Assembly (NCBI GenBank): GCA_038874355.1
Contig: JAVZCO010000001.1
Location: 434,159 to 498,158, forward strand
Origin: Candidatus Pacearchaeota archaeon
Lineage (GTDB): Archaea > Nanobdellota > Nanobdellia > Pacearchaeales > GW2011-AR1
DNA: 64,000 bases
Direction of reading: 5' to 3'
The notes below the pieces were generated by a model, which made no database searches, was not told the DNA's origin, and worked only from the letters and a program-made list of their open reading frames with translations. A program made the translations under genes and the position numbers. This document shows, piece after piece, positions 38,968-49,698 of the stretch. Each line of letters begins with the position of its first letter. Positions within the stretch are counted from its first letter, which is position 1.

Positions 38968-40176
38968 ATGAAAAATTTAATTTTTGTTATAACAATGGCC
39001 TTTGTTTTAGCATTAAGTTTAACTACATTTGTTAAAGCAGATAATCTTGATGTAACAATAAATGATATTGTAATAAATGGATTGACTATTCAACCGAATG
39101 ATAATGTAGTATATGCAGGATTTGCTGGGAGTACATTACCGGTAACAGTTCATTTTACATCAAACGTAGATGTAAGTGATGCAAGAATAAAAGTTTGGAT
39201 TGGCGGAGAAGACGAAATAAAATCAAGAAAAATAAGAATTGTAAATGGAAGCACTTATTCAGAAACTTTATACATTAAAATTCCTTCTGATATAGAACCT
39301 GAAGAAGAATATAAATTGTATGTTTCAATTGAAACACAAAGCGGATATGTAGAAGAACAATTTAACTTGAAATTACAAAGAGAATCTTATGATATAAAAA
39401 TTCTAGATGTAGATATAGAAAAAACTGTAGAAGCTGGAAGTTTATTACCAATTAATATTGTTATTAAGAACACAGGTTATGAAGAATTAGAGGATCTGTT
39501 TGTTATTGTTACATCAGAAGAACTTGGTATAGAAAAAAAAGTTTATCTTTACGATTTACAATCAACAGATTGTTTAGAAGATTGTGAAGACTATGAACAG
39601 GATTCTATCCAAAAAACAATAAATATAAAAATCCCAGATAAAGCAAAACAAGGAATATACAAAATTACTATTGAAGTAAAAAACAAAGAAGTAACTAAAA
39701 AAATAACAAAAGAAATTTTTGTTTATGGTGGAAGAGAAACTTTAAGTTTTTTTGTTCCAATAAAAAGTAAAGAAATAACAATAAATGAAATTGCGAACTA
39801 TGATTTAATAATAGTTAATGCTGCAAAAAAAATTGCCATTCTTCAATTAGAAACAAAAAAAGATGAAAATTTGGAAGTGGATTCAGAGGAATCTGTTATT
39901 GTAATTCCACCAGAAACAAGTAAAACAATAAAATTTAATGTAAAAGCAAAAGAAGAAGGTAAATATAGTTTTGTTGTTAATATAAAAGAAAATGAAAATG
40001 TTATAAAGTCGGTAGAATTTAATGCCAATGCTATAAAAGGAAAAAGAAGTATTGATAATATAACAATGTTAACAATAATTTTAGCAATAATTTTTGTTAT
40101 ACTGCTTATAGTACTTATTGTCTTATTAACAAAAAAGCCATTGATAAAAGAAAATTTAGAAGAAAGCTACTACTAA
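38968..40176 (+). CDS. Surface / S-layer-associated protein (CARDB/Ig-like) with C-terminal TM
   Basis: Signal peptide; IVIKNTGYEELED; TM followed by EESYY; BRE-TATA at 38907-38921. Confidence 0.75.
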   Translation: MKNLIFVITMAFVLALSLTTFVKADNLDVTINDIVINGLTIQPNDNVVYAGFAGSTLPVTVHFTSNVDVSDARIKVWIGGEDEIKSRKIRIVNGSTYSETLYIKIPSDIEPEEEYKLYVSIETQSGYVEEQFNLKLQRESYDIKILDVDIEKTVEAGSLLPINIVIKNTGYEELEDLFVIVTSEELGIEKKVYLYDLQSTDCLEDCEDYEQDSIQKTINIKIPDKAKQGIYKITIEVKNKEVTKKITKEIFVYGGRETLSFFVPIKSKEITINEIANYDLIIVNAAKKIAILQLETKKDENLEVDSEESVIVIPPETSKTIKFNVKAKEEGKYSFVVNIKENENVIKSVEFNANAIKGKRSIDNITMLTIILAIIFVILLIVLIVLLTKKPLIKENLEESYY

Positions 40177-40218
40177 ATTTTTTCTTTTTTATTTTTTTCT
40201 TTTTATATTTTTATATTT

Positions 40219-43080
40219 TTAAATTTCTAGACTTATTACTTTGCTTATACCATCCTGCATACTCACTCCATATAAAACTGGAGCTTCAGATATAAGAGCA
40301 TCATTATGAGTTACTATTATATATTGACCAGATTTCATATATTTTTTTATCAAAAAAGCTAATTTTTCAGAATTTCTTTTGTCTAAGGAAGCATCAACTT
40401 CATCAAGGATATAAAAAGGGTATGGTTTATATTCCTGAATTGCAAAAATTAATGATAAAGCTACAAGAGATTTTTCTCCTCCTGATAAAGAAGATACATC
40501 AAAATATTTTCCTTTCGCTATTTTTAAAGTAATCTCTAAACCGCCTTCAAAAGGATTTTCTTTATTTTCTAGTTCTAAGTATGCTTGTCCTTTATTAGAT
40601 AATTGCATAAAATTTCTATTCATTAATTCATTTATGGTTGTTAAGGTTTTCATGAAAGTTCTTATTTTTTTCTTATCTACTTCTTCTATTATTTTTATTA
40701 TTTCTTCTTTTTCTTTTTTTAATATTTCTACCTTTTGGTATATTTCATCATAAGAATTCTTGACAGAATCATATTCTTTTAATGCTAACATATTTATAGA
40801 ACCAATCATAGAAATTTCATTTTCTAATTTTTTTATCTTATCTTCTAGAAATTCTATACTTCCATTTATAAATTGTACTTCTTTATACAAATTAAGATCA
40901 TTTTCAAAATTTTCTTTTTCAGCTTCTAATTTTGCTTTTTCTATTTTAATTGAATTTATTATATTTATTTTATTATTTTGTTCTGTTTGTAATGTTACTA
41001 AGTCTTTATTATTTTTTAATAAATCATTTTGTAAATCATTCTTTACTTTTATTAAATATTTATATTTTTCTTCAAACTCTTTCTCTTTTTTTAACATAAA
41101 AGATAGTTTATTATTTTCTTCTGAAATTTTTTCTTGAAGATATTCTAATTCTTCTTCAAGTTCTTTTTTTTCTTTTTCACTTTGTTTTATTGAATTTTTT
41201 ATTTTTTGTATCTCAATTTGCTTGAATTCTAATTCTACATTCGAAGATTTTTCACTCCTAGAAGATATTTCTTGTAATTCTAAAATTTTGTTATCATATA
41301 CTTCTTCTATATCTTTTTTTTCATTAATTTTTTTTTCTATTTTTAATTTTTCTGTTTCCAATAGAGAAATTTCTTTTTCAAAATTATTTAATTCCTGTTG
41401 TTTATTTCTTATAATTCTCTTTTTTTCTTCTATTGAAATTAATTTTATTAGATCAATTTCCGCTTTTTTTTCTTTTATACCTAATTCTTGAATTTCTTCT
41501 CTTAAAGAAATTATATTTTCTTTAATTTTTTCTATTATGGTATTATTCTTTTCTATTTTTATTTTTAGATCAGAAATTTTTTCATCTGCTTCTTTTTCTA
41601 TATTCTTTATATGTTCTTCTGTTATTTTACTTTTACATAAAGGACATATTTTATCTATTTTTTTTACTTCTTCTTTTATGGATTCTATATTCTTTATTTC
41701 TGTTAAAATAGAAGAATTTTCTTTTTCTAATCTTAATAATTCTTCACTACTATTTTTTTCTTCCTTAATTTTGTTTTCTAGTAAATTTTTTATATTAAAG
41801 ATTTTCTCTCTACATTCTTTTTCGTCATGATATTGTAATTGTAATTCTATTTCTTTTATTTCTTCAAAAAGAAAATTTATCTCATTTTTTATTTTTTCTA
41901 TTAAATCCTTTTTTTGTTCCAAATTATTAGTTAATAGTTTAAATTTTGTTTTTAATTCTATATATTCTGTTCTTTCTTTCTCTAATTTTTCTATTTCTTT
42001 TCTTTTCTTCTCAATTTCTTCTGCTTTTATATCAAAAGTAGAACCTTTTTTTATTTCTTCTAATTCTTTTTCTTTTATTATTAATTCTTCTTTTAACTTT
42101 TCTTGTCGTATTTTGTTTTCTTCTAATTTTGATTTAAAATTATTTAGTTGTACTTCTAATCCACTTATATTAGCTCTTATCTGAGTTATTTCATTATACA
42201 ATTTTTCTCCTTCTATACCCGAAGAATTCTCTATTTGTTTTGTTATTTTTTTAATCTCTTCTTCTAATTCGTTATTCTTTTTAAGAATTTTCTCATAATT
42301 TCTTTTAATTTTTTCTTTTTCTTCTTCTAATTTTTTAATTTCTTTTGATAAAGATTCTATATTCTTTGTTTTTTCCTCAATTCTTTTTTTTAAAATAGAT
42401 GCTTTACATCTTCTCAACATTTCTTGTAATTCTTGAAATTTTAATGCTTGCTTTCTTTCTTCTTCTAATTTTTTTAGATAAGAAATTCTTTCTCTTAATA
42501 TCGTTTCAGCTTCTTTAAGTTTAGCATCTGTTTTTTCTAATTCTAATAAAGATTTTTCTTTTCTTTGTTCATATATAGATATTCCAGCTACTTCTTCTAT
42601 TATTCTTCTTCTTTCTTCTGGTGACATTTTTATAATATCCATTATCTCTCCCTGTAAAATGATATTAAACCCATAAGGATTAATATCAGCATTACTCAAT
42701 AATTCTAAAACTTCTTGTCTTGTTTTTATTTCATTATTAATTTTATAAATACTTATTCCATTTCTCCTTACAATTCTTTCAATTGTTATCTCTTTTTCTT
42801 GTAAAGGAAACTTTTTATCAGAATTATCAAAAACTATTTTAACAGACGCTTCCCACATTGGTTTATGATGTGCAGAAGAAAAAATAAAATTAGAAGATTT
42901 TTCTGCTCGCATACTTTTTGCAGATTTTCTTCCTAAAACAAAGCATATAGCTTCAGTTATATTGCTTTTTCCACTCCCATTAGGACCAACAATAACATTC
43001 ATTCCATTATTAAATAATATTTCAGTTTCTTGTGCGAAACTCTTAAATCCTTTCATCACCAATTTTTTTATATATGGCAT
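40219..43080 (-). CDS. smc: SMC family ATPase with a condensin-type head and a central CPLC zinc hook instead of a hinge
   Basis: GFKSF, GPNGSGKSN, ILQG, INMLALKEY, LSGGEKSL, PFYILDEVDASLD; CPLC at aa 479-482 of 953. Confidence 0.9.
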   Translation of the reverse strand: MPYIKKLVMKGFKSFAQETEILFNNGMNVIVGPNGSGKSNITEAICFVLGRKSAKSMRAEKSSNFIFSSAHHKPMWEASVKIVFDNSDKKFPLQEKEITIERIVRRNGISIYKINNEIKTRQEVLELLSNADINPYGFNIILQGEIMDIIKMSPEERRRIIEEVAGISIYEQRKEKSLLELEKTDAKLKEAETILRERISYLKKLEEERKQALKFQELQEMLRRCKASILKKRIEEKTKNIESLSKEIKKLEEEKEKIKRNYEKILKKNNELEEEIKKITKQIENSSGIEGEKLYNEITQIRANISGLEVQLNNFKSKLEENKIRQEKLKEELIIKEKELEEIKKGSTFDIKAEEIEKKRKEIEKLEKERTEYIELKTKFKLLTNNLEQKKDLIEKIKNEINFLFEEIKEIELQLQYHDEKECREKIFNIKNLLENKIKEEKNSSEELLRLEKENSSILTEIKNIESIKEEVKKIDKICPLCKSKITEEHIKNIEKEADEKISDLKIKIEKNNTIIEKIKENIISLREEIQELGIKEKKAEIDLIKLISIEEKKRIIRNKQQELNNFEKEISLLETEKLKIEKKINEKKDIEEVYDNKILELQEISSRSEKSSNVELEFKQIEIQKIKNSIKQSEKEKKELEEELEYLQEKISEENNKLSFMLKKEKEFEEKYKYLIKVKNDLQNDLLKNNKDLVTLQTEQNNKINIINSIKIEKAKLEAEKENFENDLNLYKEVQFINGSIEFLEDKIKKLENEISMIGSINMLALKEYDSVKNSYDEIYQKVEILKKEKEEIIKIIEEVDKKKIRTFMKTLTTINELMNRNFMQLSNKGQAYLELENKENPFEGGLEITLKIAKGKYFDVSSLSGGEKSLVALSLIFAIQEYKPYPFYILDEVDASLDKRNSEKLAFLIKKYMKSGQYIIVTHNDALISEAPVLYGVSMQDGISKVISLEI

Positions 43081-43185
43081 AAAAAATACTAATAAATTAG
43101 ATATTTAAATTTAATTTTTAAAAAAATTATAGAAAACTTTATAAATACTTAAATCATCTTAAATTATAATTTCTTTTGTTTTAAG

Positions 43186-43839
43186 ATGGATGAAGAAATA
43201 AAAAAAGTTATAAAAAAAACAGGAACTAGTATTTTAGGAATTGTATGCAAAGATGGAATAGTAATGGCTGCCGATAGACAAGTTACTGCAGGAAATATAG
43301 TCATGAGTAAAACAGAAAGAAAAATAATCCAAATAAATGATTATTTAGTTATTGCTACTTGTGGAAATGTTTCTGATGCACAGTTTATGGCTAAAATATT
43401 ATCAGCAGAATTAAAGTTAAAAGAATATAATTCTGGAGAGAGACCTACTGTAAAAGAAGCTGCTAATCTTTTATCTATGATTGCTTTTAGGAGTATAAGA
43501 CAATTTTCTACAATACCTTCTGTAGTAGGTATATTAATAGGAGGATATAATGAAGATGGTTCTTTTGAGTTATATACAATAGAGCCAGCTGGAAGTATTT
43601 TAAAAGTAGAAGATTATGATGCTAATTTTGGTTCTGGAATGCCATATATTTTAGGAATATTAGAATCAGAATACAAAAAAGATATAACAACAAAAGAAGG
43701 AATAGAATTGGCAGTAAAATGTTTAAAAGCATCAACTCAGAGAGATGTTGGTTCAGGGTATGGTATTGATATTTTTACTATAACGAAAAATGAAATAAAG
43801 AAAGTATTTGAGAAAGAGATAATTGCAGAATTAAAATAA
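43186..43839 (+). CDS. psmB: Proteasome beta subunit
   Basis: Propeptide ending KTG|TSILG; MAADRQVT; GSG; QRDVGSG. Confidence 0.95.
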   Translation: MDEEIKKVIKKTGTSILGIVCKDGIVMAADRQVTAGNIVMSKTERKIIQINDYLVIATCGNVSDAQFMAKILSAELKLKEYNSGERPTVKEAANLLSMIAFRSIRQFSTIPSVVGILIGGYNEDGSFELYTIEPAGSILKVEDYDANFGSGMPYILGILESEYKKDITTKEGIELAVKCLKASTQRDVGSGYGIDIFTITKNEIKKVFEKEIIAELK

Positions 43840-43886
43840 CATAATATATTTTATTTATTTTTAAAAAATTAATCTTATAAAATAAA

Positions 43887-44141
43887 ATGTCACAAAAAAA
43901 GAAAATCTTAAATAAATGCTTAGAAAAGAAGATAGATGAATCTTTTTTAAAAAAGAATATAAGATTAAGAAATACCCTTCTCTCTTCTGATATTTATACA
44001 TATAAACAATTATCTGATAAAGAAGGAGAATATGGATTTTATTATATTGGGAATATTGGAGAAATATCTTTAAGAAAAATATATTATCATTGTTTAGGAA
44101 AATTTAAAATTTGGTTGCCAAACTATAAAAAGAATAAATAA
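43887..44141 (+). CDS. Small protein resembling the RNA polymerase alpha C-terminal (HhH) domain
   Basis: IRLRNTLLSSDIYTYKQL...IGNIGEISLRKI resembles the alphaCTD pattern R..N.L....I.T..dL.....i.n.G.kSl.eI. Confidence 0.5.
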   Translation: MSQKKKILNKCLEKKIDESFLKKNIRLRNTLLSSDIYTYKQLSDKEGEYGFYYIGNIGEISLRKIYYHCLGKFKIWLPNYKKNK

Positions 44142-44199
44142 TTATAACATTTGATAATTGTACTTATCTAAAATAAAAAATATAAAAATATATATAAAT

Positions 44200-46089
44200 A
44201 TGGCAGATATACTAAAAGAAATTTTATCAGATATTCCAAAGAATAGTATTAGTGAAGCAAATTTTGAAGGTGCAAATATAGTCTTATATACTAATAATGA
44301 AAAGTTTTTTTTAGAAGGAGATAAAAAAATAAAAGAGATAGTAGATAAAATAAAAAAAAGAATAGAGTTAAGAGCAGATAAAAAACTTTTAAAAAAAGAA
44401 GAGGAAGTAGAAAAGGAAATAAAAAAAATTGTTCCTAAAGAAGCAGAAATAACTAATATAATTTTTGACAAACAAAGAAGTGTTGTTATAATTGAAGCAA
44501 AAAAACCTGGACTAGTTATAGGAAAACAGGGAGCTATATTACAAGAAATAGCAAAAAAAACTTTTTGGACCCCGCAAGTTCAAAGAAGTTCTACTATCCA
44601 GAGTAAGATTACAGAAAATATAAGAGAAGTCTTATATGAAAACAACAATTATAGAAGAAAATTTTTAAATGAAACTGGAAAAAAAATTTATAAAGAATGG
44701 AAAAATGAAAAAATAGAAGAATGGGTTAGAGTAACTTTTCTTGGAGGAGCTAGACAAGTAGGAAGGAGTTGTATTTTATTACAAACCCCGACATCAAAAA
44801 TATTATTAGATTGCGGTATTGATGTTGCTGCTCCAAATTCTGAAAAATTTCCTTATTTAGATGTTCCTGAATTAAGATTAGAAGAAATAGATGCTATTAT
44901 ATTAAGTCATGCTCATCTTGATCATTCAGGTTTAATACCATATATATACAAAATGGGTTATAAAGGACCTTGTTATATGACCATGCCAACAAGAGATTTA
45001 GCAGCTTTACTTGCTTTAGATTTTATAGGTGTTGCATATAAAAAAGCAGCAATGCCTTTATTTTCTTCTAGTGATATAAAAGAAATGGTTAAACATTCTA
45101 TATGTCTAAATTATAATGAAGTTACAGATATAACTCCGGATGTGAGACTTACTTTTTATAATGCAGGTCATACTTTAGGATCTGCAATGATTCATTTAAA
45201 TATAGGAAATGGTTTACATAATTTATTATATTGTGGTGATATGAAATATGGAAAAACTAGATTATTAGATCCTGCTATTACAAATTTTCCTAGATTAGAA
45301 TCTATGATAATAGAATCTACATATGGAGGAAAAGAAAATATTCTTCCTCAAAGACAAGAAGCAGAAAAACAACTTATAGAATGTATAAAAAAGACTATAG
45401 AAAGAGGAGGAAAAGTATTAATACCAGAATTAGGTCTTGGTAGAGCACAAGAAACAATGTTGATAATAGAAGATGCTGTTAATAAAGGAGAACTTCCAAA
45501 AATTCCATTTTATATTGATGGGATGATTTGGGATATAAATGCTATTCATACAGCATATCCAGATTTTTTGTCTAATAGTGTTAAAAATTCAATTTTTCAA
45601 GATAAAAATCCTTTTATTTCTGATATTTTTATTAGAGTTGGTTCTAGTGAAGAAAGAAAAAAAGTTATCGAAGGAGGCAGCTGTATTGTTCTTGCTACAA
45701 GCGGTATGTTAGTTGGAGGAGCATCAGTAGAATATTTTAAAGAATTTGCTTCAAGTAAAAAAAATTCAATAATATTTGTTTGTTATCAGGGAGTAGGTTC
45801 TTTAGGAAGACAAATACAAGATGGTGTAAAAGAAATAAAAATGTTAAGTGAAGGAAAAGAAGAAATTATAGAAGTTAATTTAGAAGTTTATACAATTGAT
45901 GGCTTAACAGCACACTCTGGAAGAAATCAATTATTAGCTTTTATAAATAACATAAACCCACAACCAAAAAAAATAATAATAAATCATGGAGAAGCGTCTA
46001 GATGTTTAGATTTAGCTTCTACTGTTTATAAAATAAATAGGATAGAAACAATAGTTCCAAGAAATTTAGAAACAATAAGATTAAAATGA
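44200..46089 (+). CDS. Beta-CASP ribonuclease aCPSF1 (FttA) with KH domains
   Basis: FEGANIVLYT, KPGLVIGK, SHAHLDH, AGHTLGS, LGRAQE, AHSG, NHGE; ATG at 44200 preferred over the TTG at 44158. Confidence 0.95.
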   Translation: MADILKEILSDIPKNSISEANFEGANIVLYTNNEKFFLEGDKKIKEIVDKIKKRIELRADKKLLKKEEEVEKEIKKIVPKEAEITNIIFDKQRSVVIIEAKKPGLVIGKQGAILQEIAKKTFWTPQVQRSSTIQSKITENIREVLYENNNYRRKFLNETGKKIYKEWKNEKIEEWVRVTFLGGARQVGRSCILLQTPTSKILLDCGIDVAAPNSEKFPYLDVPELRLEEIDAIILSHAHLDHSGLIPYIYKMGYKGPCYMTMPTRDLAALLALDFIGVAYKKAAMPLFSSSDIKEMVKHSICLNYNEVTDITPDVRLTFYNAGHTLGSAMIHLNIGNGLHNLLYCGDMKYGKTRLLDPAITNFPRLESMIIESTYGGKENILPQRQEAEKQLIECIKKTIERGGKVLIPELGLGRAQETMLIIEDAVNKGELPKIPFYIDGMIWDINAIHTAYPDFLSNSVKNSIFQDKNPFISDIFIRVGSSEERKKVIEGGSCIVLATSGMLVGGASVEYFKEFASSKKNSIIFVCYQGVGSLGRQIQDGVKEIKMLSEGKEEIIEVNLEVYTIDGLTAHSGRNQLLAFINNINPQPKKIIINHGEASRCLDLASTVYKINRIETIVPRNLETIRLK

Positions 46090-46099
46090 AATTTAAAAA

Positions 46100-47059
46100 A
46101 TGAAACATAATCTTATTACAACTTTAATTTTGCTTGGAATGTTTATTTTAACTCAAATAGTAGGTTTAATTATAATAAAAAATTATTTACCTCATAATGA
46201 AATAATTTTTAATAAAACAACAAATACTTTTGAAAATATAACTATAAAAAAAGAGATTCCTTATGGAATGAATATTCCAGAAGAACAAAAACCAGAAGTC
46301 TCTTTTACAAGTTTTTTAACATCTTTTTTAATTGCAGTATTACTTATAATTTTATTAATAAAAATTAAGAAACCAATATTTTTGAGAATGTGGTTTTTTA
46401 TTGTAGTTGTGATTGCTCTAGGAATAAGTTTTAATTCTTTTTTATTAAAAATAAAATATTCACAATATATTGCTTTTTTTATTGCTTTATTTTTAGCTTA
46501 TATTAAAGTATTTAAAAGAAATATATTTATCCATAATTTAACAGAAATTTTTATTTATCCTGGGATTGCAGTAATTTTTGTTTATATGTTTAATTTGAAT
46601 ATGATAATTTTTCTGTTATTGCTTATTTCTATATATGATATATATGCAGTATGGTATAGTGGTTTTATGCAAAAAATGGCAAAATATCAAATAAATCATG
46701 TAAAAGTTTTTGGAGGCTTTTTTGTTCCTTATATTAGAAAATCTGATAAAGAAAGAGAAATGTTAAAAAAATTAAAATTAGAAAAAGAGAGAAAAAGGAA
46801 AATAAAAAAAATAAAAATAGAAATTGGAATTTTAGGTGGTGGGGATGTTATTTTTCCATTAATCATGTCTGGAGTTTTATTAAAGAGTTTTGGAATTTTA
46901 TCTGCTTTGATTATTGTTTTATTTTCTACTATCTCTCTTTTTTTCTTATTTTTTATGGCAAAAAAAGGAAAATTTTATCCAGCAATGCCTTTTTTAACAA
47001 TAGGGTGTTTATTAGGTTTATTATTAGTTAATATATTAAGATATTTTTCCCTTATATGA
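46100..47059 (+). CDS. Presenilin / signal peptide peptidase family intramembrane aspartyl protease (A22)
   Basis: Multiple TMs; SIYDIYAVW, LGGGD, PAMPF. Confidence 0.9.
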   Translation: MKHNLITTLILLGMFILTQIVGLIIIKNYLPHNEIIFNKTTNTFENITIKKEIPYGMNIPEEQKPEVSFTSFLTSFLIAVLLIILLIKIKKPIFLRMWFFIVVVIALGISFNSFLLKIKYSQYIAFFIALFLAYIKVFKRNIFIHNLTEIFIYPGIAVIFVYMFNLNMIIFLLLLISIYDIYAVWYSGFMQKMAKYQINHVKVFGGFFVPYIRKSDKEREMLKKLKLEKERKRKIKKIKIEIGILGGGDVIFPLIMSGVLLKSFGILSALIIVLFSTISLFFLFFMAKKGKFYPAMPFLTIGCLLGLLLVNILRYFSLI

Positions 47060-47125
47060 TATAAAACAATAAAATTTATAAATAATTCTTTTATTTTAAA
47101 TTTTCTTATATAAAAAATATCAAAA

Positions 47126-47494
47126 ATGATAAATAAAAATATAAATATTATTCCAGAATTTTATATAGAAAAATTAGCAAGAATATTTTTTGTAAATAGA
47201 ATCATTTTTATTTTTCTATTAATTTTTATAATTAATGAACTTAATCTATTAGAAAAATTTTATTACAATATTAAAGATATTCTTAATAAAGAAAAATATA
47301 AAAAATGTAAATATCGTGGAAAAAAAATAAAAGATCTAGATCGTTTAGTATTATATGATTGTTTAAAAGATTTATATAATTTTTTAGATGAAAATAAATG
47401 TCCTTTTAGAAGAAAAATCTATACTTCTAACTTAGGAAATTGTTGTTATGATATAGTAAAGAATAAACAATATAAAAAACAAAGGGATTATTAA
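47126..47494 (+). CDS. Hypothetical protein
   Basis: 122-aa ORF with a hydrophobic segment and a Cys-containing C-terminus. Confidence 0.55.
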   Translation: MINKNINIIPEFYIEKLARIFFVNRIIFIFLLIFIINELNLLEKFYYNIKDILNKEKYKKCKYRGKKIKDLDRLVLYDCLKDLYNFLDENKCPFRRKIYTSNLGNCCYDIVKNKQYKKQRDY

Positions 47495-47660
47495 AAATAT
47501 AGTTCTATAATTAATTTCTTTATTATCTACTTAATAGTAACAAAAAAGAAAGATTTATAAAGTAATATTTCTTATTCTTACTTATAAGTAGTTATAAATA
47601 AAAATTTTTAAATTAAAAATAAGAAAAATAAAGAATTAAATTTAAATCATTAAGATTCAG

Positions 47661-48434
47661 ATGACATTAAACAATGATTTAATAAAAAAAGTAAGAAGCT
47701 TTTTTGGTTTGAACAGCTATGAAGCTAAAGTATGGCTTGCTTTATTAGCTAAAGGTATAGCTTCTGCTGGAGAGATTTCTGAAATATCTGGTGTTCCTAG
47801 GAGCAGAACATATGATATATTAGAATCTTTAGAAAAACAAGGGTATGTAATACAAAAAATAGGTAAACCTATTAAATTTATTGCTGTTAAACCTAAAAAT
47901 GTTCTTGAAAATTTAAAAAAGCTAACAAAAAAAGAAGCAGAGGAAAGAATAAATATTCTTAACAATATAAAAGGAACTAAAGAATATGAACAACTTGAAC
48001 TATTACATAAATCTTCTAAAAATTTTATTAAAAATAAAGAAGTAAGTTCTGCTATAAAAGGAGAAAATAATATTTATTCCCATATTTATGAATTAATAGA
48101 TAATGCAAATAAAGAAGTTTTAATATCTATAACTGAAGAAGAATTATTAAAAAAAGAGAAAATGTATAAGGAATTATTTAATAAGATGGATAAAAAAATA
48201 AGATTAAAAATAGCAGTTAATGGGGATAAAGAAAAATTAAAAGAATTAGAATCAAAATTTAAAATAAAATTTTATTATATAAATATAAAACTTACATTTT
48301 TTATAATAGATAAAGAACAAGTTTTATTCTTACTTAAAGAAAGGGAAGAAAATGAAAAAGAAATTGCTATATGGTTAAATTCGTCATTTTTTTCATCTTC
48401 ACTTGCGCATCTTTTCGAATTAGGAATCAAATAA
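47661..48434 (+). CDS. TrmB family transcriptional regulator
   Basis: FGLNSYEAKVWLALL..SGVPRSRTYDILESLEKQG. Confidence 0.93.
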   Translation: MTLNNDLIKKVRSFFGLNSYEAKVWLALLAKGIASAGEISEISGVPRSRTYDILESLEKQGYVIQKIGKPIKFIAVKPKNVLENLKKLTKKEAEERINILNNIKGTKEYEQLELLHKSSKNFIKNKEVSSAIKGENNIYSHIYELIDNANKEVLISITEEELLKKEKMYKELFNKMDKKIRLKIAVNGDKEKLKELESKFKIKFYYINIKLTFFIIDKEQVLFLLKEREENEKEIAIWLNSSFFSSSLAHLFELGIK

Positions 48435-48438
48435 AGGT

Positions 48439-49680
48439 TTATAATATCTTTATACTTTTTATCCCAATTTCTTTCATAAATTTTTTTTTACTATTTATTA
48501 TTTTTTTTAAATCCATATCAATTTTCTCTTCAGCGTAAATTACGCCTTTTCTTATAAAAGTTTTTTTATGCTTCTTCTTAAATGCAATAACATTCATTGT
48601 TTTATTAATCGGTGGACCTTTTATTAACAATTTATCTTTCTTTTTTAATACAAAATAGCAAACAGCGGATTTTTTATTGTCATAAAAAAAATCTTTATCT
48701 TTTATTTTATAATATTTTTTTAAACAATTATTAAGAAATTGGTAAAATTTTAATAATTTGCTTCCAGCTATAGACCCTTCTTGAAAAGAAGTTTTAATTA
48801 AAATTTTAATTGCTTTCTTTTTTTCTAAATTATTTATTCTTTTTTTTATCATTTTTTCGTATGAAAAAAAGTCTTTTGAAGGATTATCCAAAAAATTTTT
48901 GCAATATTTTTGAAATTTTTTAAAAGTTTCTTTAGATAAAGCAGATGTTACATTTCTTTCTTTAAAAGTAGGATCTATTAATATTATGGGAGATTGGATT
49001 TTTGACTCATTAATCTCATTAAGAATTTCTTTTTTATTAGAATAAAATTTTTCTATATCTATTATTATTTTTTTATCCGAACTTGCTATGTTTTTTATAA
49101 AATTTTTAAAGGTTTTATAATAGATTATTAATAACTCTATAGCATACCCGGAAAAACCTTTAATATGAGATTCTGCTCCATAATAACCAGAAGCAAATAC
49201 AAACTTTTTAGCTAATTTTATCTCCTCTGCTAATTTTTTATTTTTTTTAATTTTGTTTTTTACATAAGAAACATGAAAATAACTAAGATCTGTTGTATTT
49301 TTCGCATTTTTTGGGGAAGACAATTTTATTGTAGGAACAATTTCAAAAATTATATCATCATAATAAAAATTATAATAATCTCTACTACCATGAATTTTTT
49401 GGCATTTAAATTTTGTTTTCTTTTTTATATTTTTTATTATTTTATTAAATTTATTTTTTATTTCTCTTTCGTTTTTAAATCTTAAAAAAATATCTATATC
49501 ATATTTTTCTTTTTTTATTATTGTATCTTTTGCTATACTTCCTCCTACAAAAAAATCTATCTTATGTTTTTTTAATATTTTTATAAATAATGATAATTTT
49601 TCATTTATCTCTTTTTGTTTTTCTTTTTCTAATAAAATTTCTTTTTTTATCTCTTTTAGTATAGGTTTCAAATTTTTCAT
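48439..49680 (-). CDS. cca: Archaeal class I CCA-adding enzyme
   Basis: GGSIAKDT..DIDIF; EIVP; YGAESHIKGFSGY..ELL; IDPT..RNV. Confidence 0.93.
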   Translation of the reverse strand: MKNLKPILKEIKKEILLEKEKQKEINEKLSLFIKILKKHKIDFFVGGSIAKDTIIKKEKYDIDIFLRFKNEREIKNKFNKIIKNIKKKTKFKCQKIHGSRDYYNFYYDDIIFEIVPTIKLSSPKNAKNTTDLSYFHVSYVKNKIKKNKKLAEEIKLAKKFVFASGYYGAESHIKGFSGYAIELLIIYYKTFKNFIKNIASSDKKIIIDIEKFYSNKKEILNEINESKIQSPIILIDPTFKERNVTSALSKETFKKFQKYCKNFLDNPSKDFFSYEKMIKKRINNLEKKKAIKILIKTSFQEGSIAGSKLLKFYQFLNNCLKKYYKIKDKDFFYDNKKSAVCYFVLKKKDKLLIKGPPINKTMNVIAFKKKHKKTFIRKGVIYAEEKIDMDLKKIINSKKKFMKEIGIKSIKIL

Positions 49681-49698
49681 TTTTTATTAATCAATTTT

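Noticed and set aside
40219..43080. Calling this gene rad50
   Set aside because: Head, neck and D-loop motifs are Smc-type, and mre11/herA/nurA are not adjacent
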